From NCBI GenBank assembly GCA_016748015.1, contig JAAOMT010000445.1, forward strand, positions 186,001-250,000: a stretch of DNA of 64,000 bases. Direction: 5' to 3'. A model generated the notes under the pieces. That model saw only the letters and a list, made by a program, of their open reading frames with translations, had not been told where the DNA came from and made no database searches. The position numbers and the translations under genes were made by a program. This stretch comes from Geosiphon pyriformis uo1. Taxonomy: Eukaryota > Fungi > Glomeromycota. This document shows, one piece after another, positions 30,201 through 42,600 of the stretch (position 1 is its first letter; every line of letters starts with the position of its first letter).

Positions 30201-32205
30201 GGACCAGCAATCTTGCGTCTTTTAAATGGTAAGACGTCCTGTTCCACATCATGGTCCAGATGCCTTTTTGGTACCGGGACTTGAAGGCTATTGAGAGAAA
30301 TTAGCGGAGCAGATCAAGATAATTAGTATTTACGTAATCTTCAAAGATGAAAAATGAAGATCATGACTTACTACACCCACAATGTAGATTCGAGCTCATT
30401 GGCAGAGGTCAAAGGAGTTGGACGCTCTGGAGTGCGGGATCTGTCCCGAGCACCAACCCCTCGTTGCCGTGGAGATCGTGAGAGAGATCTGGAGCGGTTC
30501 GGGCCACTTCTAATTGCTGGAATCCTTTTCAAAGCTGAACAAGATGGAAGAGCCGAATCAATCTCCATCCCATCCTCCACCAATTGTAAGAGAGACTTCA
30601 TCATTATGTCCACCTCCATTCCAAAGCCTTGCTCACCCTCTTGCTTAAAATAAAATATACATAAGAAATCATGAATATCAAATTCTTATAATTGTGATAT
30701 GAAATAGAAAAAAAATGAATCAAGAAACTTACCCGACTTCCCTCTGATTTTCCCTTCATTTTTGAATCCTTGAGAGTACTCGAAGTACTCTTTATTATTG
30801 AATTTGATAGATTGAGATTGTGTAAATTTAACATGACTTTTTCAAAATAAGTCAACCCTTCAATTTCTTACCAGCTCCCCGATAGCCTTTCTCTTCCCTT
30901 TAGTGTCCCGCGGAGGGGGGATCATAGCCTTTTTAACGGTCTTCTTCCCTCCCTTTGGTCTTGGTACTTTCGGGGTGATAATCGGTTGTAAAGGCATTAA
31001 TCTTTGCCTTTCTTTAAATGATTCTAATGCCAATCGAGTTTGCTCTTCTTCCCGCCTAAATATAAGAAAAATATAAAATTAGTGTCAACTCAAAGGGCAG
31101 GAAGGTTTGTGTTGTTTCATTTGTATTTATCTTGTTCAGAAAAAGGGTTAAAAACTTAACCAATACAAGAAAATTTTCCAGAAAAGGATGACGATAATGA
31201 ATAAGCAAAATTTCTTCAAAGCTCATGGCTTTTTGCCAAATGATTTTTGTCGGATGCAAATTACTTGATTTTTTCGACTAATTTGAAAAAAAAAATTTTT
31301 TTGATGGAATCGTAATTCCAAAAAATATTGATGTGAATTAGAAGGTTGATCAGAGGGAAAACTGATGTTGGAGGGTAACTTGGAAGAAATTCTTGATCGA
31401 TAGGATTTTAAATCGAAAATTGAATGATTAAATCCATAGGATAATAAATTAAGACAGCGAGGTATAGAGAATTTTAATTGGAAGGTAATTTTGGGCAGAT
31501 ATTGATGTGAAGCAACCTGAATGGAAATGAGGTCACGGTTAATTAGATTCAAACTTACTTTTTCTGACGCTCAGCTTCTTCTTCTTCGGCCTTCTTCTTT
31601 GCTGCCTTCTCTCGAAGTACTAGCCTCCTGTAGCATTAGTAATGTAGAGGGGTTTTTTTTTGAAATTTCACATTAATTCCACATTTATAATTTACGATAC
31701 ATAATCATAGGGTACTTACGCATCCTCCAGCTGTTGTTCCATATTATCTTCGTTCGGCCGTGCTGGAAGTCTGGTTACGGGTACTGGTGGCGCTGCCGAG
31801 GCTCTTAGGACTGGTGGCGGTGCTCGAGACTAAGTAAAGTTGATTTTTATAGAAATTCATTTTTAATTTATTATTAGGGAAAACAAATGAATTCCTTTTT
31901 TCATCATTTTTTTATAGCTTAAGTTTAGACTTGATATTTCTAATGATATGGAAGGACCAAATACTTACCCTACTAGGCAACCACATCTGAATTCTATGTA
32001 TCGATGGATCTGGTACTTTACTACTACTCTTAAAAGATGCCCATTCGTCAAAGGGACAGTCCGGTTGATCGGGACCCAAGACAAACACGGTCCCACGCTG
32101 AGGAAAAGCGATTAGTGGACCGATTTTGGCACAAAGTGAAGCGAGTTTTCCACGGTCATGTAACAATCGTTCTACGCGATCACCTTGGTTTTGTTGGGTA
32201 GCCAT
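27233..32205 (-). CDS. Large (~1,200 aa, ~10 exons) uncharacterised protein with an internal low-complexity S/T/R/D/N repeat tract and a C-terminal coiled-coil/helical region
   Basis: ORF pieces at 31912-32205, ~31720-31830, ~31560-31630, ~30872-31055, ~30733-30790, 30371-30644, 28010-30290, 27601-27985, ~27417-27530 and 27233-27343 join in frame through GT-AG junctions. No recognisable catalytic motif. Confidence 0.7.
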
Positions 32206-32964
32206 TACGATAAGTTTGCTGGAAATTTGGAGTGACTTGTGAAAAGTAGAATGTAGAGTTGAATGACAGAACTTTGTAAACGTATAGTCTTTTTAACTTG
32301 CTGTGTTTAATAAATCGCAAGTTAAAGACTACGAATAAAACAAATTAGAAGGTTTTCTCCTTGTGTTGCCAACAAAATTTTTCCAGGGCAGTTATTGAAT
32401 AAGATATATTTACAGGTGAATTAGAACATGTTCTGAATTTTTATTGTTCGCCAATATTACACAGTAGACAATACAGAAGTGAGTGGTTGAGTGATATCTC
32501 GTTATCATTATCATTATCATCAAATTCAATAATCATCTCCGACCCAATTCCTGAGGTTTCGGCTCGAGTAAAGGAGGAATATTCAATGATCCAACCCAAT
32601 TAGGCAGGGATTAGAAATGATTGTCCTAACTAAAACCCTGGTGCAAACTTCAACTATTAGTCACTAAATTTCCAAGAATCCTGGGAACTTTGAACGAGCT
32701 CCAATTTGGTATACCACCACGTTGTGCTTCAAAAGTTGTACACGAGGCATTGGAGTTCACGAAATCAGAGTTCAATTTTGAATATAATTTAGAATATTAT
32801 CATATTTTTTTCGCCCAAGGACATTTATAATTTTACGTATCTTTAATAATTAAATTCTTTTATTATTAAATCACGAGGTGAGCATAATATCTGAATGTGC
32901 CTTTGAATTGATTAATAAAACCCTTTTTTTTAATAAAATTTCTTCATCAAAGATTTTTATTAGA

Positions 32965-35900
32965 AGCAACATTACGATGAAATTTTCATTCAGAAGACGA
33001 AAGTTTGGAGTAGAGATCAAGTTCATTCATGATCGTAAATACTATATGGAAATTTTCAAAAACCAGCTTGCGAAATAATTCGTTTTATACCTCCGTTTTC
33101 GAGGAGTTCCCACCATATTATTATTATATTATAAAAGGTCTTATGGTTAATATGGCAAAAGGGATTGGGAAATAGAATATGAAATCCCGATATCTATAAA
33201 TCATTATTCGATCCTGCATCCAAATTCTGATGAACTTCCTGATGTTTTTGAAGAATGCGCAAAGTTCGGTGTATTTTTCACGGGCTATTCACCTTATAGT
33301 TATCCCACTCTTCATCAAGATATTTTAGTTCAAATTGAATTGACAATTCTCAAACGCATATCTGAAGGCGAAAAAAATTTCACACTCAAATTTATTTCTA
33401 TCAAAAAATACTTTGAAACTAATCAACAAATTGAAATAATTTACCCCATCTTGCTTAGATTGTTTATTTTCAACAATCCAAATAATCGTCAAAATGATGA
33501 ATTCAAATCCTCATTGTCCCTTATTTCAGAGCTCCTACAAATTTTAATTGCATTCGAAGAATTCAATTACTCGGAAAACAATGAATTCGAATCCAACAGT
33601 GACATCGAACACGACCATGGACCACCAAAACCCAGGAATTTCTCGATTTTTCTCTGTTGTGGAATTTTGGCATTTTTTATCCTGGCAATTTATATTCAAT
33701 GTTACAATCTTTATTTCAGGTAATATATAAGTGATTTTTACCATACATGTTGTTACACGAATCGGTTTTTATATCATATAACAGTCATTTACTAAGTCAT
33801 ATCTTCACTATTTGTGAAGAAATAAATTGATTTATGAATCTTAAATTATTTCCGATCAAAGTTACTGTTATCAAACGTACTCCAGAAATGAACCGTCCTT
33901 ATATTTTTGTATTAGTTTCACACCTTGGCGTTTCTCGAATTGACAAACAAGACTTTATAACAAGGATTAAAAACACGACTTTGAAGTCCATCAACCTATA
34001 AGATTATTAATTATTCTCGATCGCGTTGAATGACTATGGGTAATGCTAGTTCTCCCTTTTTTCTTATCAATCTCTTGTTAAATAAATGTCCAATCCATGG
34101 ATGTGTCACTTGGTTGACAGCAAAACAAAGAGAAACGAATGAGAGGTCAGGGGCCGAGGTGTATTGGCCGGAGTGTGTACGCAGACTATGGTATTTGTAG
34201 ACTGAGCGGGATCTCCCGTCGTGAGTCCTTTTCAAAGTGGTGACGCAAACCTGACACTTTGGTCAACCATTTTACGAAGTCTCCCAGCAATGGATACGTA
34301 TCATATGTGAAACTGCCGCTTAGACAATATAACTCAGTTCCCAGTCATGAACTCTGACCATAGTGGGGCGTACGCTTTCTACTAGCTGCAACCAATGTTT
34401 TAGAAGGAAAAAGGCAGACGGGTGGAAAGGGAAACGCGTCGTTTTCGGGCAAAAGCATCACAACTAACCACAATCAAGATAACGCTACGCCTTATACTTT
34501 ATACACTCACTTAACTGATCAGGCATCAAGTGAAAGACTGTCCATCGCGATAATATCGTTCTCTTGGTTACTTTCAAAGGACACGGAATGAAGGACCCAA
34601 TCGTAATAACTGCATTTGTACTGGTGCCAGCATATGTTATTATTTACCTCTGTTAGAGTGTTAATTGTTTGTTCTCAGCGAGAGGATATCGCATTTATTC
34701 AAAAAGCAAGAGATAAACTTTATTACATCGAAAACGGAATATGTTAATATGTCGAAAAGTTGAAAAATGTGAATTATCTCATACAAATAAGTACATTAAC
34801 CGTCAAATGAAAGTGAACTTGACATGGNNNNNNNNNNNNNNNNNNNNAGCAACATTACGATGAAATTTTCATTCAGAAGACGAAAGTTTGGAGTAGAGAT
34901 CAAGTTCATTCATGATCGTAAATACTATATGGAAATTTTCAAAAACCAGCTTGCGAAATAATTCGTTTTATACCTCCGTTTTCGAGGAGTTCCCACCATA
35001 TTATTATTATATTATAAAAGGTCTTATGGTTAATATGGCAAAAGGGATTGGGAAATAGAATATGAAATCCCGATATCTATAAATCATTATTCGATCCTGC
35101 ATCCAAATTCTGATGAACTTCCTGATGTTTTTGAAGAATGCGCAAAGTTCGGTGTATTTTTCACGGGCTATTCACCTTATAGTTATCCCACTCTTCATCA
35201 AGATATTTTAGTTCAAATTGAATTGACAATTCTCAAACGCATATCTGAAGGCGAAAAAAATTTCACACTCAAATTTATTTCTATCAAAAAATACTTTGAA
35301 ACTAATCAACAAATTGAAATAATTTACCCCATCTTGCTTAGATTGTTTATTTTCAACAATCCAAATAATCGTCAAAATGATGAATTCAAATCCTCATTGT
35401 CCCTTATTTCAGAGCTCCTACAAATTTTAATTGCATTCGAAGAATTCAATTACTCGGAAAACAATGAATTCGAATCCAACAGTGACATCGAACACGACCA
35501 TGGACCACCAAAACCCAGGAATTTCTCGATTTTTCTCTGTTGTGGAATTTTGGCATTTTTTATCCTGGCAATTTATATTCAATGTTACAATCTTTATTTC
35601 AGGTAATATATAAGTGATTTTTACCATACATGTTGTTACACGAATCGGTTTTTATATCATATAACAGTCATTTACTAAGTCATATCTTCACTATTTGTGA
35701 AGAAATAAATTGATTTATGAATCTTAAATTATTTCCGATCAAAGTTACTGTTATCAAACGTACTCCAGAAATGAACCGTCCTTATATTTTTGTATTAGTT
35801 TCACACCTTGGCGTTTCTCGAATTGACAAACAAGACTTTATAACAAGGATTAAAAACACGACTTTGAAGTCCATCAACCTATAAGATTATTAATTATTCT

Positions 35901-36710
35901 CGATCGCGTTGAATGACTATGGGTAATGCTAGTTCTCCCTTTTTTCTTATCAATCTCTTGTTAAATAAATGTCCAATCCATGGATGTGTCACTTGGTTGA
36001 CAGCAAAACAAAGAGAAACGAATGAGAGGTCAGGGGCCGAGGTGTATTGGCCGGAGTGTGTACGCAGACTATGGTATTTGTAGACTGAGCGGGATCTCCC
36101 GTCGTGAGTCCTTTTCAAAGTGGTGACGCAAACCTGACACTTTGGTCAACCATTTTACGAAGTCTCCCAGCAATGGATACGTATCATATGTGAAACTGCC
36201 GCTTAGACAATATAACTCAGTTCCCAGTCATGAACTCTGACCATAGTGGGGCGTACGCTTTCTACTAGCTGCAACCAATGTTTTAGAAGGAAAAAGGCAG
36301 ACGGGTGGAAAGGGAAACGCGTCGTTTTCGGGCAAAAGCATCACAACTAACCACAATCAAGATAACGCTACGCCTTATACTTTATACACTCACTTAACTG
36401 ATCAGGCATCAAGTGAAAGACTGTCCATCGCGATAATATCGTTCTCTTGGTTACTTTCAAAGGACACGGAATGAAGGACCCAATCGTAATAACTGCATTT
36501 GTACTGGTGCCAGCATATGTTATTATTTACCTCTGTTAGAGTGTTAATTGTTTGTTCTCAGCGAGAGGATATCGCATTTATTCAAAAAGCAAGAGATAAA
36601 CTTTATTACATCGAAAACGGAATATGTTAATATGTCGAAAAGTTGAAAAATGTGAATTATCTCATACAAATAAGTACATTAACCGTCAAATGAAAGTGAA
36701 CTTGACATGG
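32965..36710 (+). repeat. Direct duplication of 1,863 bp (32965-34827 and 34848-36710) separated by 20 N
   Basis: Both copies start AGCAACATTACGATG and end GAACTTGACATGG. The offset of 1,883 matches the duplicated ORFs (33340/35223, 34011/35894). No differences seen. Confidence 0.95.
32977..33723 (+). pseudogene. Hypothetical membrane-anchored protein, probably a pseudogene (second copy ends at 35606)
   Basis: One frame runs from MKFSFRRRK through two in-frame TAA codons into ...DWEIEYEIPISIN...TILKRISEG... and a C-terminal hydrophobic helix (FSIFLCCGILAFFILAIYI). No family recognised. Confidence 0.35.
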
Positions 36711-37655
36711 CGGCATAGTGTAATATCTTTGAAAAATCGAATTTGCTGAATAGCTCTATTAAATAGAAACGAAAGTTCCACAAGCAAAGGGAAATGCGAA
36801 TGTTCGACTAATAAGTCGCATAAAAGCGAAATTGAAAATGTCGACAGCGAGCATTTTTGCTTGATATGTTAGAATTATAAATGAAATGAGATGCGACCCG
36901 AAAAAGCGACGGCTGGTGACAAGAAACGATGTCGGCCTCATTGTCAATCTGACATAAAATAACAAACCACAAATATGTTGGGGAAATGAAAGGGCGGTGA
37001 CATGACAGAATCACGTGAATAAGGTCCCGGGCTCAATTATCTATCCATAATACATCGTAGATGAGATTGCGATTTCAATGAATCAAAGTCATTAAAACCA
37101 ACATTAAAATCACATTCGTTTTTAGCGGATTATCTTTTTCAGGCAAGTTTCACACCCTTGCGTTTCGAGAAATAACACAGTCCCTATAAGGTCAAGGCGT
37201 AATTCGTAAGAAAAAACTTCCATCGGTTTTTCCCATAAGTGGCATTCACAATATTTGGGCGCATTCAATCGGTATTAGGAGAGAACTTTTTTCAACCCGT
37301 TACATTTATCATAAAGTCTGAAAAAACATTAATTGATAACCTTCATTAATCCTGAAAATCCCCAATTTCCTCAGCTACAAGTTTCGATGAACGACTTCAA
37401 GTTGTAGAGACGCGATCGAATAACACTAGAAAGTAGATATACATGCATGTGATTCCCTCATTTAAAATTAAGTTCAAGGTAGCGAAGGAAATTACTGTAA
37501 ATCTTCAAAGAACTGTCAATGTAAAAATTCGACCTGATCAAATATTGATCGCCCGGTTATATAGAGTTGATTTATAAACTCACTCGAAAATAATAAGTCT
37601 CTCGATAGTTTTTTTATTCAGAACCTACAGATTTGCTTTGATTATACTTTAAAAA

Positions 37656-38524
37656 TCAAGATCTATAGTCAAATACCCTAATAAAAACTTTTATCACAAC
37701 TTCATATTCCTCGATGATTTGCGTTCTAAAAGTGTTTGGATCAGAATTCTCAGACCATGCCGATTCAGGATATAATAAAAAAAATATCTTGTAAAATAGA
37801 CCTCCAACAGCTGCATGGCATTTAGAACACATATCGAAAGTAAAGGACGTTTTTGAGAGTAAATAAAAATTTTTGTCCATAAATTTATAAAGAGCATACA
37901 GGTTAAGTATTTGATTTCTCTTCTTGTGATAATCTGAATTTTGGCTTAAAATACCGGCCTGAAGAAGCATTTCCTTGAATCTGGCGTTTCTCTCAAAATA
38001 GTTGGCAGTATTTTGTGGGTATGTTTCGATGAAGACTTCGACCAGATAGATGTAGAGCCATAACTTGATTGATTTGGTGATGCCGTGAAGATGTTCGTTA
38101 AGAGAAAAAAGCAGTTTCCAATCGCGGACAAAATCCATGAAACCTTCAGGTCGACCGTTACTAAAATTCTTCAGGATTGATTGAAAATGTTGTAAATTCG
38201 TGATGTCAGATCCTAAAGGTTGTTTCATAGCTTCAATCAATTCGTTTACAAGATTGTCAACTTTAACGGGAAAGTTTTTTAGGTTGTTCTGATATCTTTG
38301 GGAAATGGACGTTGATACCAATGTGGAACATTGCTGAGATTCTTCTGGTTGAACGGAGGGGGATTTCGGGTGAGAGACAGAGGTGAAAACACTTTCGTGA
38401 TTTGGAAGAGCTGATTGCTGCAGTCCTTCCAGTTGGCTTCTGAGCCTAAGGTTTTCTTCTGTAAGGGTTTTTCATTGGCTTTTATATATTCGCAACCGAG
38501 TTTTTCTCTTTTGACACAGTTCAC
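37656..38524 (-). CDS. Hypothetical protein, possibly spliced or frameshifted
   Basis: A 221-aa helical-looking ORF (37656-38321) overlaps an upstream 81-aa ORF in another frame. No clear start and no recognised domain. Confidence 0.35.
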
Positions 38525-39659
38525 ATTCTCTTGTGTATTTGATATAACGGTGTTTCGGTTTCTCTTTCATATTTCCAGCTTCTCTCAGTCATTTCGAAAG
38601 ATAGGCTTCATGAAAATTTTTTCTTATCTCTAATATCACCTGCTGAATGGGCATTCTTTTCCTTACATATATTTTCGACCCTTAATGGTTGCATTACCCC
38701 TGGACTTTTAAGCAACCTTGTCAAACAAAGTGGGACCCGCGTCAAATTTGATCGGGAACACCGAGTGGTTTTCAATTACCACTTGTTCAAAATTTAGAAG
38801 ACTATATGTGGAAAATTAGCGATTTTCAAGATGGACGGCAATCCTCACAGCAGATAATAATTAAGTTCCGGAAAGAGCTTCAAAGTACTAACCGTTTTCG
38901 TTTCAATAGAACTTCTCAATCTTTTGGAGAATACTAACTCCGATGAGTGGTCATTCTATAAATAAACCCGAAATACCGTATAGTCCCGTGAATAAGCAAC
39001 CCCCCTCTCTTCAGATCTAAAAGTCTTAGAAAAGTTAAATAAGCAACTCCTTAAAAAATTTAAGAAAATTGCTAAAATGACCCACTTGATATACAGTGTG
39101 TTGCACATCAGAAAACTTGATACAGTTTAACCAATTTTAGGGGGTCCTTAAAGCAAGGCAAGCCGGTCACATGATTAGCCATTTTTGATCGGCAACACAT
39201 AACATAAACTAATAAAATTAGCTTTAATAAATTTTGGCCAACAAAATTAATTCACTAATTCACATTAATAACATACGTTTAATTTTATTATTACAAATTG
39301 GTCAAAAAACCCATTAATTGTTTTTTTTGTAAAGCTAAAATTACTTCGACTTTTTTACATATTATCATCTCATTATTAAAAAATAATCATTGATTGTTTT
39401 TATTATTTCTTAAAAACAGACTTCAATGTTTCTTTCAAATATACAACAAATTTTTCTACTTTATTCATGTTTTTTTTATTTGCTAAATTATAATACTAAT
39501 TTTTAGTTTTTTTAAATAATTTATTCATTTTTAATTGATTTTTTTCTGTAGTTTTTTCAATTTTTTAATGTTAAAATACTTTTATTAAGCTATAAGACTG
39601 ATATATCTTTAAATCATTTTTCTTAAAGATTTTTTGAAAACTTTTTTATATTTTAGATG

Positions 39660-42600
39660 TCAAAATATTAATATTACTATAAAAAAACTTCTTTTTCTTT
39701 TACATCCACAAATCCTCAAAAAGCACTTTTCTGAAGAAGTTTTTTATTTTTTCTTGTTAGTATTTCACAATTTCTTTTTCTAATAATCCCTTTTTTGTGG
39801 ACTTAGAGGCTGTTTCTAGTGGCAATATGTCTAGTAAGAAGAAAACACCGAAGGGTGTTTTTTATGGTCTTGCAGGTGGCTTTTTCTTTCAAAAAAAAAG
39901 AGTTGTGCTTAAGAATATCAAACACTCGGATAACAAAAAAGATATCTCTTTAAACAAGTCTGAGCATGGTAACAGTGTGTATTCTAATGTGGATAGTTTG
40001 TCTGGTGATGAAAAAGATGCTGACATGACTGGCATTAATGTTGGGTCTCTTCTGAATTCAGCTGCCAACACTCCTAAAGTAAAGTGTGTCAATACTGGTG
40101 TTATTTTTGGTTCTCTACTTAGATCTTTTAATTATAATATGGATAATGATGATGAAGTCTCCCTATCTTCTTATCTTCTGATCTTTTTAGAAAAGAAATG
40201 GATTGACCCAAAAATTATTAAGACTCAGATGGAGTTTGCTGTTAAAAAATTATTTGCTTTGAATATCAATCTTTTGGCAGTAATAGACAATTCAGCAATG
40301 GTAAAAACTCAAATCATCAGGAAATTATTTTCATCAGTCAATGGTTTTGGAGGGGCCACTACTCCCTCAAAATTTAAGGAGATTATCAAATCTATCTTTA
40401 CTTTAGAAAAAACATGAAAATGGCCATATCATTGGCCAAAGAAAAAGGGATTACCATAAATGGCAATCTTAAGAGACAAGGAATGAGATCAGATTGGACT
40501 GTGGTAATCAAAAAAATTCTTATGAATACACTTAAGAATATGATCATTTTCGTAGTATCCAAATTTGGGGAAATTAAGTCGATCAAAATTCAATTAATTG
40601 GAATATGGCAAAAGACTGTGGTAGAGTTTGTTGAATTAAACCAGGCTAATTTTTTGGCTTCTAAGTGGTTATTCTTAATTGGTAAAAATTCTGTGTGTGT
40701 GGCCAAAACAGTAGAAGATTATGAAATTTGGGCATCTAAAGATCAGTTTAAAGCACTTTTATTTATTTTGCCAATGGGTACAACAGCATATAATCTTGGG
40801 ACTCTTCTGAAAAAGACTAGTGGAAAGACTTGTGTCATAAATAGATCTATGAAAACTGGAAATAGGATTTGCTGTACTGTAGTTGGTTTTAATTCTAATA
40901 ATAATTTGGAATCTGCCTTTCACACAGAGCCAATTTTTGGTAGTGTTAAACTTTTTTGGACAAAAATAAATCTAGTTCAGTGCGAGAAATATGGAAAGCT
41001 TGGTTATTTTGCTTTGGAATGTGATGCATCTGTTGTATTTATTTCTAAGTCTTTAAAGATATTTAAGAGAATTGTGTCTGACAAATTTTGTCTTCAATTA
41101 ACAAAGTTGTATAAAAAGAAAAGTGTTCCAATATCTCGTCCTATTGCCTTTGGTGACAAATCTTGGGCTTAAATGGTCTTACTTGTTGGTTCTTCTGGTT
41201 TTTGCTTCGCTTTTGGTTCTGGTTCTCCTCTTTCGGGCACCTTAGATTTGAATGATGATTTTCTTTCTGTTTTGGTTAACAACTCATCTTTAGATGCTTG
41301 TTTGGTCTCTTTGAAATGATCCTTGGAGCTGTTAACTGACTAAGTTTCTGGTATTGTACACAAGCTTAAAGATATAGAATTGATGTCACAAGCTCTATCT
41401 CTTTCCTCTAAAGTCTCGGCCACCTTGATTGCCACTGAAAAGAACTTGGCTTTGGATATGGTTGTGGACAATCTTGAATTAGTATTTTCAATTCCCTTTT
41501 TTGCTCCTCCTAATGTTTCAACTTTGGGTTTGAATAGTTTGAAAGTTTTGACGACCAAGGTTGGCAGTTTAGAATCTAAATTGGTGGCTCTTGAAACTTT
41601 TGTTGGTTCAGTTTTGACTAAATTAGATCATTTGTGTGCTGGCTTAGGTCCCTTATCATCATCTTTATCTCAATAAATAGTTTAATCTGAAAGATTGCTA
41701 CATGCAATGTTCAGGGCATCAATATTTTTGTCAAGCAGAAAGATGTTATTCGTTGACATAGAGAATCAGGAAATGTTGTTTCAATTATTATGGAAACAAA
41801 ATTAAGGTCTAGCATTAAACCATGAATTATAAATAAGTTTAATGGAGTTTGAGTTTTTACTTCTGGTTTGGACACAGATTTTCTTGGTGCTGGAGTTGTC
41901 ATTATCATGGACATTTCTCTGGCTTGTCATGTATCTAAAGTTGAGGAGATTTCTGGTTAGTTGATTTCTGTGCATCTTTTGTTCAAAAACAAGCTTTCAA
42001 TTACTATTTTGGGTCTTTATGCTGGTGCATCCAGTAGTAATTATTTTGGTCAAGCTGCTGATGTCAATTCATTAATCTCAATTGCTGTTGGTTCTAGTTT
42101 TTTTGTGATCTTAGGTGGTGATTTTAATAAAAATAGTTCGAAAAAAAGTGCTAGTTTTAAGTTCTGCTTGAATTTGGGCTTGGTTAATACTTTCAATGGA
42201 CATTTGTTGGCTTGAGTTCCTACTTGGAGCAATTCCAGAGGGGTCAAGAAAGTAATTAATTTCAATTTTGTAAGTAAGCATCTGGTGTTTGCAATTGTAT
42301 TGCATATCATCAATGATATGTTAGAATTTTTTAATACAGATTATAAATTAGTTTCAGTTTCTATTGGTTTGGATAGGCTTCTGGATACCCATCTTATCAG
42401 TGCTTATAGACAAGCCAACTGAGACTAATAGAAGTTTAAATTAAGAAATGTAGGTAAAATTCAGTGGTTGTATTTCAAGGAATGTTTATTTGCCAAGCTA
42501 TTGGCCAGATTATTCATGTTCAAAATTGCTGAAGACAGTAGTGACTTAGATATAATATGGAGTGTGCTGAAGGAAGTCATAATACAGACTGTTATTAGGG

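Noticed and set aside
31056-31558. snoRNA hosted in the ~500-nt intron of the orphan gene
   Set aside because: No clear C/D or H/ACA box arrangement seen on the sense strand.
34011-34700. Relatively GC-rich stretch as a gene or ncRNA
   Set aside because: No convincing ORF, splice pattern or RNA motif found by eye; an Rfam or BLASTX search would be needed.
38279-38700. Zn2Cys6 transcription factor (NCVKREKLGCEY)
   Set aside because: Only two of six cysteines are visible and the upstream frame has stops; insufficient support.
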